NCBI GenBank assembly: GCA_964584075.1
Contig: CAZOYV010000005.1
Span: 5,060-63,939, forward strand
DNA from: an uncultured Rickettsiales bacterium
GTDB lineage: Bacteria > Myxococcota_A > UBA796 > UBA9615 > CAYRNR01
Direction: 5' to 3'
DNA: 58,880 nucleotides
Within the stretch, counting starts at the first letter, position 1; each line of letters begins with the position of its first letter. The notes below the pieces were generated by a model. The model had not been told where the DNA came from. It saw nothing but the letters and a program-made list of their open reading frames with translations, and made no database searches. Positions 30,802 through 40,227 of the stretch are shown here, piece after piece. The translations under genes were made by a program, and so were the position numbers.

Positions 30802-31707
30802 ATGACGCACCCGCTCCCCCGCGCGCTGCTGTGCGCGCTGCCCCTGATCCTGATCGCCTGCGACGACGGGGCCGGGCCCGAGGCTCTCGACGCCGCGATC
30901 GTCGGCGGCGAGGTCACCGAGGACTACCCCACCGTGTTGGCGATCTACTTCCACGTCTCGCTGGCCGAGGGCGGGGCGCTGTGCAGCGGCACGATCATCC
31001 ACGACGAGTGGGTCCTGACCGCCGCCCACTGCCCGCCGGCCAGCTTCGACCTCGAGGCCAGCCACGTGATCTACGGGTACGACATCCACGACCCGATCGA
31101 GGAGCTGGCGTTCGACGAGTGGTACGTCCACCCGGACTACAACGGGGTCTCGCTGGACGTGGCGGTGCTGCACCTCGCCGGGCCCTCGCCGGTGGAGCCC
31201 ACGCCGATCAACCGCGAGGACATCGAGGACCTCCAGGGCGAGCCGCTGACCTTCGTCGGGTTCGGCCTCAGCGAGCCGGGGATGCAGCAGGTGGACGGGC
31301 TCAAGCGGGTCACCGAGATGGAGCTGACCGAGATCATGGGCACCGCGTTCTATTACGACGACGAGGACTCGATGACGTCCAACGGCGACTCCGGCGGCCC
31401 GGCGCTGTACGACTTCGGGGACGGGATGCGGGTCGTCGGCGTGACGTCGTGGGGCGACCCCGAGCACCAGGTCTTCGGGTTCAGCACCCGCGTCGACTCG
31501 ATGGCCTCGTGGATCGACGGCTACACCGGTGGCGACTCGCCCCCCTGGGACGACGACGACGACGCGGACGACGACGACGACGACGCGGACGACGAGGGCG
31601 GCGGCTGCCGCGCCTCGGCCGATCCGGGGCCCCCGGGCGGCCCCGCGGCCCTGCTCCTGCTGCTCGGCGGCGCGCTCGTCGCCACCCGGCGCCTCCCCCC
31701 GCGCTGA
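30802..31707 (+). CDS. Second tandem S1 serine protease paralog with Asp-rich linker and MYXO-CTERM-like tail
   Basis: IVGG, CSGTI, LTAAHC, GDSGGP, GVTSWG; tail GGGC..LLLLLGGALVATRR. Confidence 0.92.
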   Translation: MTHPLPRALLCALPLILIACDDGAGPEALDAAIVGGEVTEDYPTVLAIYFHVSLAEGGALCSGTIIHDEWVLTAAHCPPASFDLEASHVIYGYDIHDPIEELAFDEWYVHPDYNGVSLDVAVLHLAGPSPVEPTPINREDIEDLQGEPLTFVGFGLSEPGMQQVDGLKRVTEMELTEIMGTAFYYDDEDSMTSNGDSGGPALYDFGDGMRVVGVTSWGDPEHQVFGFSTRVDSMASWIDGYTGGDSPPWDDDDDADDDDDDADDEGGGCRASADPGPPGGPAALLLLLGGALVATRRLPPR

Positions 31708-31776
31708 TCCACTTCGAGGTTGCCGTCCGGGGCGGCCGTCCGGTAGAACGCCCGCCCACGAATGGAGAGTGGCCCG

Positions 31777-32649
31777 ATGCCCGACTCACGGTGGACCGCC
31801 GAGGACGCCGAGGATGCCTACGCCGAGGGCGACCTGGAGCGCGCGCTCGAGGTCTGCGAGGCCCTGCTCGAGGCCAACCCCGAGGAGCCCGACGCGCTGT
31901 ACCTGATGGGCGAGGTGATGCTCGAGCTCGAGGAGTTCGAGGCCGCCGAGGAGATCTTCCGCGACGCGCTGGGGCTCGAGCCGGAGAGCGGCGCGCTGTA
32001 CAACGGCCTCGGCGTGGCGCTGTTCGAGCTGTGCCGCTTCGACGAGGCGCGCAAGGCGCTCGAGACCGCCCTCGACCTCGACCCGCGGCTGGCCGAGTCG
32101 CGGATGTACCTGGGCTTCTTCCACGAGCGGCGCGGGGAGTTCGACCGGGCCCAGGAGCAGTTCCAGCACGCCGTGTCGCTGGACAGCGAGCACTTCCAGC
32201 TGCCCACCGAGATCAGCCTCGAGCAGCTGCAGGCGGCGATCGAGGACGTGATCGACCGCCTGCCCGACGCGCTGCGCGGCTACCTCTCGGGCGTCCCCTG
32301 GTCCGTGGAGGACGTGCCCCCGACGGCCACGCTGCGGTCGCGGGTGCCGCCGCTGAGCCCCCTGCTGAGCTGCCTGATCCCGGGCACCCCGCGCGATCCG
32401 GTGCAGACCCCGATGCCGCTGGAGCACGCGCCGGTCGAGATCGTGCTGTTCCGCCGCAACCTGGCGCGCTCGCTGCAGACCGCCGGCGAGCTGCCCACCG
32501 CGCTGCTCCACGCGTTGCTGTTCGAGCTCGAGGGCTACCTCGAGCTCGACGACGCGGAGGTCGAGGCGCTGGGGATCCGCGCGCTGCTCGAGGAGGCCGC
32601 GGCGTCCACCACACTCGAGGACGGCCCGGCCGGCCGCGTCCTGCACTAG
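31777..32649 (+). CDS. TPR protein with C-terminal minimal-zincin-like domain (metal site degenerate)
   Basis: About four TPR repeats, then LPDALR..VEDVP..LSPLL..EIVLFRRNL..; alternative ATG at 31762. Confidence 0.8.
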   Translation: MPDSRWTAEDAEDAYAEGDLERALEVCEALLEANPEEPDALYLMGEVMLELEEFEAAEEIFRDALGLEPESGALYNGLGVALFELCRFDEARKALETALDLDPRLAESRMYLGFFHERRGEFDRAQEQFQHAVSLDSEHFQLPTEISLEQLQAAIEDVIDRLPDALRGYLSGVPWSVEDVPPTATLRSRVPPLSPLLSCLIPGTPRDPVQTPMPLEHAPVEIVLFRRNLARSLQTAGELPTALLHALLFELEGYLELDDAEVEALGIRALLEEAAASTTLEDGPAGRVLH

Positions 32650-32745
32650 CAGCCTGTCGCGCATCGCCACGGGCACCCCGGACATCTGCGCCCCAACCCG
32701 GCTACACTGGTCTGCGCGGCGCCGGCGACGGCCCGCGGAGGAGCC

Positions 32746-33546
32746 ATGGAGATCACCATCGTCGGCAGCGGCACCGTGTTCCCCACCGCGTCCCGGCGCC
32801 CCCCCGGCTACCTGCTCCACCAGGACGGCTACCGCGCGCTGCTCGACGCCGGTCCCGGGACGCTGTCGGCGATCGCGGCGCGGGGCGTCCTGCCCCGCGA
32901 CCTCGACGCGGTGCTGATGACCCACCTGCACCCCGATCACGCGCTCGACCTGGTGCACCTGCTGTTCCTCCACAGCCTCGGCGAGGAGTCGGGGATCGGG
33001 GACGAGCTGACCCTGATCGGCCCTCCGGGGTTCCACGACGAGCTCAACTGCTGGCTGGACGCGATCCACCCCCACGCGGTGGACACCAGCGCGGATCTGA
33101 ACTGGATCGAGATGGACGAACCGCACACCCGCCTCGGCCCGTGGAGCGTGACCGCGGTCCCGGTCAGCCACCGCGCCACCGCGGCGTCGGGCGCCGTCGG
33201 GTACTACCTGGAGTCCAGCCGCGGGATCGCCTCGTTCTCCGGCGACACCGGGATGTGCGATGCGCTCAGCAACCTGCTCGACCGGCGCGGGGCGTTCCTC
33301 TGCGAGTGCACCCAGCCGGACGACGATCCGCTGCCCGGCCACATGACCCCCGGCCAGGTCCGCGACCTCGCCGAGCGCAACCCGCCGAGGCTGCTGGTGC
33401 TGACCCACGTGGGGCCCGAGTTCCACCCCAAGCGCAACCCGCTGCCCGGCCCGGCGTTCGAGGGCTACGCGGGCCGCGTGGTGGTCGCCGAGGACGGGAT
33501 GGTGCTCAGCTTCGATCCGGGCTACATCCGCTCCGAGGAGCCCTGA
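32746..33546 (+). CDS. MBL-fold metallo-hydrolase (RNase Z/PhnP-like)
   Basis: TIVGSG, LLDAGPG, THLHPDH, SGDTG, LCECT, HMTP, LVLTH. Confidence 0.88.
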   Translation: MEITIVGSGTVFPTASRRPPGYLLHQDGYRALLDAGPGTLSAIAARGVLPRDLDAVLMTHLHPDHALDLVHLLFLHSLGEESGIGDELTLIGPPGFHDELNCWLDAIHPHAVDTSADLNWIEMDEPHTRLGPWSVTAVPVSHRATAASGAVGYYLESSRGIASFSGDTGMCDALSNLLDRRGAFLCECTQPDDDPLPGHMTPGQVRDLAERNPPRLLVLTHVGPEFHPKRNPLPGPAFEGYAGRVVVAEDGMVLSFDPGYIRSEEP

Positions 33547-33577
33547 TCTCCTCTCGTGTTCTCGGTGGCCTCCACCG

Positions 33578-34522
33578 TCACTCCTCGCGTTCTCCGTACT
33601 CTCTGCCGCGCTCGTCCAGCAGGGCGGAGAAGGCCCCTCCGGTCATGCCGTCGAGCAGCGCCGTGACCTGCCGAAGCTGCAGCTCGAGGGTCAGCCGCTG
33701 CTCCGCGTCCAGGTCCTCCGCCCCCGGGCGCAGGCGGGCCCGCAGCCGCTGGCGGTCGTAGTACGCCGCGGTGACCTCCTCGACCACCTCGGCGCGCTGG
33801 CGCACCAGGTCCTGGCGGGCGTCCTCGACGCGGATCCGCTCGTAGCTCATCGCCAGATCGGCCAGGTCCCACTCCACCTCCAGCTGGAGATCCCAGGCCT
33901 GCTCGTCCCCCATCCCGGTGGCGTTGCCGAAGGGGTCCAGATCGCGATCCCAGCCCCCGTCGAGCTGGCCCTGGATCGCGATCTCGGGCAGCGCCCCGAA
34001 CGCCCTCGCGTCGCGCTGCAGGGCGCGCACGACGGTCTCACCGCAGCCGGCGTGGCGGATCGCCGCGCGCTGCACGTCGGCGATCGCGGGCTCCCCCCGC
34101 AGCAGCGCCTCGAGGGCCCCCCCGGCGGAGCCGCGGCCGTCGGCCGGAGCCGCGAGCCCGTCGCCCTCGGGCGGTGCGTCCTCCCCCGGGTCCCGGCGAC
34201 CGGCCCCGCGGACGGCGCGGTACACCGGCCGCGTCCCCATCGACAGCGTGACCCCCACCGCGACCTGGGGCTCGTCGCCCCCCGCGAGCCCGGCGCGCAG
34301 CGCGATCCGGGGCGGCGCTGGCGCGACCCCGACGCGGATCACCCGGGGGCGCTCCTCGATCCACCACCACGCGTCCGCTGCGTCGAGCGGCTGCAGCCAG
34401 GGGTCCTGCTCCACGCGCCAGCGCAGCCAGTCCTCGGTGCTCCCCGCCGCCGCGGGCGTGGCCACGGCCACGGAGCACAGCACCGCCAGCGCCGCGCGCG
34501 CGCACGCCTGTACCTTCCTCAT
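33578..34522 (-). CDS. Secreted hypothetical protein with TolC-like helical segment
   Basis: Signal peptide; LPEI..WDLADL..EEVTAAYYDRQRL..LDGMTGGAFS. Confidence 0.55.
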   Translation of the reverse strand: MRKVQACARAALAVLCSVAVATPAAAGSTEDWLRWRVEQDPWLQPLDAADAWWWIEERPRVIRVGVAPAPPRIALRAGLAGGDEPQVAVGVTLSMGTRPVYRAVRGAGRRDPGEDAPPEGDGLAAPADGRGSAGGALEALLRGEPAIADVQRAAIRHAGCGETVVRALQRDARAFGALPEIAIQGQLDGGWDRDLDPFGNATGMGDEQAWDLQLEVEWDLADLAMSYERIRVEDARQDLVRQRAEVVEEVTAAYYDRQRLRARLRPGAEDLDAEQRLTLELQLRQVTALLDGMTGGAFSALLDERGREYGEREE

Positions 34523-34636
34523 CGGGTCCGTTCCGGGGGGAGCGGCGGTGGGTTGAGGGGACCGCCGGCAGCCCCCCCAAGCTGGTCACCCGCGCGGCGC
34601 TGTCAAGCGCCGGGCCGCTGTGTCATCATCCCCGGC

Positions 34637-35431
34637 ATGACGCTGTTCTCCGAGATCGTGAAGCTGGAGCGTAGCGGCGCCCCCGGGGTGCTGTGCACGC
34701 TGATCGAGGCCCGCGGCTCCGTGCCCCAGCGGGTGGGCTCCAAGATGCTGGTCCGGGCCGACGGCACGATCGCCGGGACCGTGGGTGGCGGCGCGCTGGA
34801 GCACGCCGCGGTGCAGCGCGCCAGGGAGGTCCTCGAGCGCGGGACCCCCGAGACCTGGTCGATCCGGCTCGGCCCCGACCTGGGCATGGCCTGCGGTGGC
34901 GCCGTGACGCTGTTCTTCGATCCGCTCCGGCACGCGCCGCCCCTGATCGTGTTCGGCGCCGGCCACATCGCCCGCGACCTGGCCGCGATGGCGGCGCGCG
35001 TCGGCTTCCGGGTCGTGGTCGTCGACGGCCGCCCCGAGTGGGCCACCCCCGAGGCGTTCCCCGACGCGACCGAGGTGATCGCCGCCGATCCGACGACCGT
35101 GCTGGACCGGCTGCCGTTCGGCCCCGAGGCCTACGTCGTGCTGGTCAGCCACTCCCACGCCGTCGATCAGGGGATCCTCGGCGCCGTGCTCGACCGAGAC
35201 TGGACCTACCTGGGGATGATCGCCTCGAAGACCAAGGTCGAGACGGTGTTCCGCGAGCTGGAGGCCGAGGGGGCCGACCCGGCCCGGCTGGCGCAGGTCC
35301 ACTCCCCCATCGGGCTCAAGATCGGCGCCATCGACCCCGCCGAGATCGCGGTCAGCATCCTGGCCGAGCTGGTGCGCGTCTCGCGTGGCGCCGCGGAGGA
35401 CCCGGCCACGGCGTTCCGGGCCGACGACTGA
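34637..35431 (+). CDS. XdhC/CoxI-family molybdoenzyme accessory protein
   Basis: GSVPQRVGSKM, GTVGGGALE, LGMACGG, FGAGH, HSHAVD, YLGMIAS, SPIGL..PAEIAVSI. Confidence 0.92.
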   Translation: MTLFSEIVKLERSGAPGVLCTLIEARGSVPQRVGSKMLVRADGTIAGTVGGGALEHAAVQRAREVLERGTPETWSIRLGPDLGMACGGAVTLFFDPLRHAPPLIVFGAGHIARDLAAMAARVGFRVVVVDGRPEWATPEAFPDATEVIAADPTTVLDRLPFGPEAYVVLVSHSHAVDQGILGAVLDRDWTYLGMIASKTKVETVFRELEAEGADPARLAQVHSPIGLKIGAIDPAEIAVSILAELVRVSRGAAEDPATAFRADD

Positions 35432-35453
35432 CGCCCCCTGGCGACCGGCCGAC

Positions 35454-36728
35454 CTACTCGAGGTGGAACGTGAAGTTGGTCTCGCCGATCACGATCGTCT
35501 CGCCGCCCTCGAGCTTCTTGCGCGTGATCGCGCGCCCGTTGACGATCGTGCCGTTGCTGCTCTTGTTGTCCTCGATCAGGTACTGACCGCTCTTGAACAC
35601 GATCCGGCAGTGGTAGCGGGAGACCTTGCCGTCGTGCTTGATCTGGATGTCGTTGTTGCGGCCGCGACCGATGGACAGCACCTCGCCGTTGAACCCGTAC
35701 TCGGACGGCGCGCCCTGCTTGGGCTTCATCACCAGCCGCGCGGTGGCGGTCATCCCCTCGGCGCCGCCCTCGTGGTCCTTGATCGACTCCTGCCACTCGG
35801 CGGTGCTGTGGATCGGGGGCTCGCCGTCATCCTTGGGGGCATCCTGGAGGCCGGGCGACTGGACCGTCTCCATCGCGCCGTCGGCCAGCGCGTCGATCGC
35901 GGCGTCGCCGTCCGCGGCGCCCGCCGGCAGGTCGACGACGTCGTCGCCGCCCTCGGCCTCGACGGCCTCCTCGTCCTCCTCGTCCCCGGCCGGAGCCTCC
36001 ACCGCGCCGCCCTCCTCGGCGGGGGCGGCCTCGACGGCCTCCTCCTCGCCGTCCATCGAGGCGTCCTGCACGATCTGGACCTCGACGCCGGTCATCGCCG
36101 CCTCCTCGGGCAGCGTGCCGCCGGCCTCCTCGAGCAACCGGTGGGCGGCCAGCGCCCGCTGCAGCGAGCCGTCGAGGGCGTCGCGGCGGGCGGTCATCGC
36201 CTCGATCTGCTCGCGGAGCTTGTCGATGTCGCCGCCCATCTCGGCGTCGAGCTCCTCGAAGTCCTTGTCGTCGAGCTCACCGATCATGTTGCGCAGCTTG
36301 AGCTCCTCGCGCTCGAGCTCCTGCTTGGACAGCTCCTCCTGGATCTGCACCGGCGCGTCGCGCTCTTCGTCCAGGGTCTGCTGGATCTCCTGGATGTGGG
36401 GCTGCATCTCGCGGATGACGTCGGTCCACTTCTCGAGGTAGTCCCCGACGACCTTCTTGACGATCTCGGACTTGAAATCGCCGCCGGCGCCGCGGGCCTT
36501 CTCGACCCACGCGGAGAAGGTGCTGCACTTGTCGACCAGCTCCATCAGCTGGGCGACCGCGTCGGGCAGATCGGGAACCGACGAGGGGTCGAACGCTCCC
36601 TCACCGCCGCCCTGGGCGCCCTCCTCGGGGGTGCCTTCACCCATCCCGTCCTCGTCCACGGCCTCCTCCTCTCCGTCGGTCCCACCATCGGGGGCCGCGT
36701 CGTCGGTGTCCTTCTTCTTCCTCGCCAT
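35454..36728 (-). CDS. Coiled-coil protein with acidic linker and C-terminal FHA domain
   Basis: IGRGRNNDI, VSRYHC, DNKSSNGTIVNG FHA motifs; ATG at 36728 after GGAG. Confidence 0.88.
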   Translation of the reverse strand: MARKKKDTDDAAPDGGTDGEEEAVDEDGMGEGTPEEGAQGGGEGAFDPSSVPDLPDAVAQLMELVDKCSTFSAWVEKARGAGGDFKSEIVKKVVGDYLEKWTDVIREMQPHIQEIQQTLDEERDAPVQIQEELSKQELEREELKLRNMIGELDDKDFEELDAEMGGDIDKLREQIEAMTARRDALDGSLQRALAAHRLLEEAGGTLPEEAAMTGVEVQIVQDASMDGEEEAVEAAPAEEGGAVEAPAGDEEDEEAVEAEGGDDVVDLPAGAADGDAAIDALADGAMETVQSPGLQDAPKDDGEPPIHSTAEWQESIKDHEGGAEGMTATARLVMKPKQGAPSEYGFNGEVLSIGRGRNNDIQIKHDGKVSRYHCRIVFKSGQYLIEDNKSSNGTIVNGRAITRKKLEGGETIVIGETNFTFHLE

Positions 36729-36848
36729 CGTCTGCTCCAAAGATACCCAGTCGTGAAGGCGCATCCCCGGAGGGGATCGGGATGATGTCGAATCCATCCT
36801 CGCTCGACCCGCAGAGAGACGGGATCCAGCGGCTTTGCAGCAAGCGGA

Positions 36849-36878
36849 AGTCTATTTTTTGCCCCCGGACAGTGTCAA
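36849..36878 (-). promoter_or_regulatory. Putative sigma70 promoter of the FHA gene
   Basis: Minus strand TTGACA-18 nt-TAGACT with an A-tract in the spacer. Confidence 0.55.
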
Positions 36879-37556
36879 GGTGCCTTCCCGCCCGCGGGCC
36901 CGTGCGGGGAAGCGCCCGACGACGCCGACCACGACCCCGCCCGGCACCGGGCCCCCGGTGTCCGGTGCGATCCAGACCGCCATCATGCGCGCGCGCCGGG
37001 CCGCCAGCGAGGCGGAGGTGATCCGCGCCGCGAGCTCGAGCGCCCCCAGGATCGCCGCCACGAACGGGTTCTGGTTGATCGCCAGGCTCAGCACGATCGC
37101 GGCGTCGACGACCAGCGTCCCGAGCAGGTAGGTCGCACCGAGCCCGGGCTGCCCGAGGGCGAACTGGCCCAGCCCGGGCACGAAGAAGCTGCCGACCGCC
37201 AGCCCTGCCGCGCGAGCGCGGGCCCGAGCGCGCCGCTGCCGGGCCTCCTCGCCGTCGAGGGCCTCCTCGACGCGGCGCAGCGTGGCCTCGTCCCAGCGCT
37301 GGAGCAGCTCGATCCAGGCGACGATCGCGGTGTCGACCCGCAGCACCTCGCTCGCCACGTGGACGTGCAGCTCGCCCCGGCGCTCGTCCAGCGCCAGGGC
37401 GTTGCCCACCAGCTCCCCCCCGTGGCGCAGCACGACGCGGATCCGATCGCCCTGGTGCAGCTCGGACGCGTCGATCGACGGAGGCGGGTCCACCGCGGCC
37501 CGGGCCACGCCCCCCAGCAACGAGACCAGCCCCAGAGCGACCAGGGCACGCTTCAA
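36852..37556 (-). CDS. Hypothetical membrane protein (signal peptide, TM2-like segment)
   Basis: TTGA overlap with the dnaB stop; SFFVPGLGQF motif followed by hydrophobic helices. Confidence 0.6.
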   Translation of the reverse strand: MKRALVALGLVSLLGGVARAAVDPPPSIDASELHQGDRIRVVLRHGGELVGNALALDERRGELHVHVASEVLRVDTAIVAWIELLQRWDEATLRRVEEALDGEEARQRRARARARAAGLAVGSFFVPGLGQFALGQPGLGATYLLGTLVVDAAIVLSLAINQNPFVAAILGALELAARITSASLAARRARMMAVWIAPDTGGPVPGGVVVGVVGRFPARARGREGTLTLSGGKK

Positions 37557-38893
37557 GTGGAATCTCCGGCGTAGCTATCGAAACGTCCGAATTCCTTGTG
37601 GAAATATAGCTCGACTCGCCCCGTCGGACCGTTGCGTTGCTTGGCGATCTCGACCTCGGCGATGTTGGGCCGGTCGCTGTCCTCGCGGTTGTAGTAGTCG
37701 TCGCGGTGGATGAACATCACCACGTCGGCGTCCTGCTCGATGGCGCCCGACTCGCGCAGGTCGGACAGCATCGGCCGCTTGTCCTTGCGCTGCTCCAGCG
37801 CGCGGTTGAGCTGGGACAGGATCACCACGGGAACGTCCAGCTCCTTGGCCAGCCCCTTGAGCCCCCGCGCCAGGGTCGCGATCTGCTGCTCGCGGCTGTC
37901 GATCCGGGGATCGGTGCCCATCAGCTGCAGGTAGTCCAGGACCAGCATCCGGACGTTCTCCTCGAACACCAGCCGCCGGGCCTTGGAGCGCAGCTCCTGC
38001 AGCGAGATCGCGGGCGTGTCGTCGATCCAGATCGGGGCCCCGCCGAGCTCGGCGTTGGCCTGGGCCAGCGCCTTCCAGTCGTCGTCGGTCAGCTCGGCCT
38101 TGCGCAGGTGGTCGGCCGGGACCCGCCCGTGGATGCTGTACAGCCGCATCCCCAGCGACGCCTTGCCCATCTCCAGCGAGAACACCGCGCAGGGGTAGCC
38201 CTGGGTCGCGGCGTTGTGGACCAGGTTGAGCGCCAGCGCGGTCTTGCCCATCGACGGCCGCGCCGCGAGGATGACCAGCTCCTGGGGCTGGAGCCCGGCC
38301 GTCATCCGGTCCAGGTCGGGGTACCCGGTGGGGACGCCGACGATGTCGCCGGCGCGCCGGGACAGCTCGTCGAGCTTGTCCCACGCCTCCTTGAGCACGT
38401 ACTTGAGCTGGACGGTGTCCCGCGCCGAGCGATCGCGGCCGAGGTCGAACACCAGCTGCTGGGCGCGGTCGAGCAGCGGGCGCGCGTCGCGTGGCTGCTC
38501 GTACGCCCCCTTGGCCAGCTCGTTGCAGGCGTCCAGCAGGCCGCGCAGCACCGCCTTGTTCTTGACGATGTCGATGTAGTGCGGCAGCGACGCGGTGGTG
38601 GGCAGCACGGTCCCGAGCTCGCCGAGGTAGACCAGCCCCCCCGAGTCCTCGAGGTGGCCGTGGGCCTGCAGCGTGTTGCTGAGGGTGACCGGGTCGATGT
38701 TCTCCCCGGCGCCGAACAGCTCGACCATCGCCCCCAGGATGTGCTGGTGGGCCGGTCGCCAGAAGTCGGCCTCCTGCAGCGACGAGGTGATCCGGCCGAG
38801 CAGGTTGTTGTCCATCAGCACCGCGCCGAGCACGCACTGCTCGGCCTCGATGCTGTGGGGCACCTCCCGGGGGGAAGCGACCTGCTCGTCCAT
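37553..38893 (-). CDS. dnaB: Replicative DNA helicase
   Basis: PHSIEAEQ, ARPSMGKTA, FSLEM, DYLQLM, SQLNR, RPMLSDLRESGAIEQDAD, KQRNGPTG. Confidence 0.98.
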   Translation of the reverse strand: MDEQVASPREVPHSIEAEQCVLGAVLMDNNLLGRITSSLQEADFWRPAHQHILGAMVELFGAGENIDPVTLSNTLQAHGHLEDSGGLVYLGELGTVLPTTASLPHYIDIVKNKAVLRGLLDACNELAKGAYEQPRDARPLLDRAQQLVFDLGRDRSARDTVQLKYVLKEAWDKLDELSRRAGDIVGVPTGYPDLDRMTAGLQPQELVILAARPSMGKTALALNLVHNAATQGYPCAVFSLEMGKASLGMRLYSIHGRVPADHLRKAELTDDDWKALAQANAELGGAPIWIDDTPAISLQELRSKARRLVFEENVRMLVLDYLQLMGTDPRIDSREQQIATLARGLKGLAKELDVPVVILSQLNRALEQRKDKRPMLSDLRESGAIEQDADVVMFIHRDDYYNREDSDRPNIAEVEIAKQRNGPTGRVELYFHKEFGRFDSYAGDST

Positions 38894-38897
38894 CGGC

Positions 38898-39347
38898 TCA
38901 GGCGTCCTTCGCGACGACGCGGACCGTCAGCTCGAACGGCTCGCTCTCCTTGAGCTTGACCCGCACCACGTGCTCCCCGAGCGTCTTGATCGGCTCGTCG
39001 ACGACGATCGTGCGCTTGTCGACGGTGACGCCCTGGGCCTCGAGCACCTCGGCGATCTCGGCGTTGGTCACCGAGCCGTAGAGCCTGTCTTCCTCGCCGG
39101 CGAGCTTGGCGATCTCGACGTTCGCGGCGGCCAGCTGCTCGCGCAGCGCGGCGCTGGTGGCGGCCACCTTCTTGCGGTGGACGTCCACGAGCCTGCGGGC
39201 GTGCTCGATCTGCTTGAGGTTGCCCTCGTTGGCCGGGATCGCGAGCTGATTCGGGATCAGGTAGTTGCGACCGTAGCCGTCCTTGACGGTCACGATCTCC
39301 CCTGCCGAACCCAGGTTGGGGACATCCTCCTTGAGGATCAGCTTCAT
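38898..39347 (-). CDS. rplI: 50S ribosomal protein L9
   Basis: MKLILKEDVPNLG, VKDGYGRNYLIP, LYGSVT. Confidence 0.98.
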   Translation of the reverse strand: MKLILKEDVPNLGSAGEIVTVKDGYGRNYLIPNQLAIPANEGNLKQIEHARRLVDVHRKKVAATSAALREQLAAANVEIAKLAGEEDRLYGSVTNAEIAEVLEAQGVTVDKRTIVVDEPIKTLGEHVVRVKLKESEPFELTVRVVAKDA

Positions 39348-39359
39348 CGTGTCCTCCCT

Positions 39360-39599
39360 CTACGCGTTCGTCACGACGTACGGGAGCAGCGCGATGTTGC
39401 GCGCCCGCTTGATCGCATCGGAGACCTGGCGCTGGTGCTTGGCACAGTTGCCCGAGATCCGCCGCGGCACGATCTTGCCACGCTCGGTGATGAAGTGCTT
39501 GAGCAACTTCGTGTCCTTGTAATCGATCAACAGGTTCGCATCCGCACAGAAGCGACAGACCTTCCGCCGCGGCTTCCTACGCTTTCCACCAAAACCCAT
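39360..39599 (-). CDS. rpsR: 30S ribosomal protein S18 (Zn-binding form)
   Basis: [31 protein letters not shown]. Confidence 0.98.
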   Translation of the reverse strand: MGFGGKRRKPRRKVCRFCADANLLIDYKDTKLLKHFITERGKIVPRRISGNCAKHQRQVSDAIKRARNIALLPYVVTNA

Positions 39600-39656
39600 G
39601 TCCGGTCCTCCCGGTGGACCGCCCGCGAGGGCGCCACCGACGTGTTCCGTTCCCTA

Positions 39657-40196
39657 CTACGCCTCGGACTCTTCGTCGTCGGAGTGCTCCGAGTCGTCCT
39701 CCGCCTCGGCGGGGGCATCCTCGTCGTCGGCGCTCGGCGCACCCCGCTCTGCGGCCCGCGCGGCCTCCCGCTCGGCGCGCTCGCGCTCGATCGCCTCGCG
39801 CTCCTCGGCGGCCCGGCGCGCGGCCTCCTCCTCGGCCGCGCGCTTGGCGGCCCGCTCGGCCTCCTCGCGCTCGGCCCGCGCCTTGCGCTGCTCGACGTCG
39901 ACGCGGTCCTCGAGCTTGACCGTCATGTAGCGCAGCACCTGGTCGTGGTAGCGCAGGAAGCGCTCGGCCTCGGTGACGACGCGGGGCTCGCCCAGGAAGT
40001 TGAGGATGAAGTACATCCCCTTGGTGAAGTCCTCGATCTCGTACGCCAGCCGCTTGCGGCCCCACGGGTCGATGTGGAGCTTGTGGCCGCCGGCCTCCTC
40101 GACGACCTCGGCGAGGCGATCGCCCACCTGGCGATAGACCTCCTCCTCGAGCTCCGGCTTGGCGATGTAGACCAGCTCGTACTCGCGCAGATACAT
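39657..40196 (-). CDS. rpsF: 30S ribosomal protein S6 with long charged C-terminal extension
   Basis: REYELVYI, WGRKRLAYEI, VLRYMTVK. Confidence 0.95.
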   Translation of the reverse strand: MYLREYELVYIAKPELEEEVYRQVGDRLAEVVEEAGGHKLHIDPWGRKRLAYEIEDFTKGMYFILNFLGEPRVVTEAERFLRYHDQVLRYMTVKLEDRVDVEQRKARAEREEAERAAKRAAEEEAARRAAEEREAIERERAEREAARAAERGAPSADDEDAPAEAEDDSEHSDDEESEA

Positions 40197-40227
40197 GGTC
40201 TCTCCTCGGGCTTCGGGGCCGGGCGGT

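Noticed and set aside
34637-35431. XdhC together with MoxR/CoxE as a dispersed CO dehydrogenase/xanthine dehydrogenase cluster
   Set aside because: No molybdoenzyme structural genes present; such orphan accessory genes are common.
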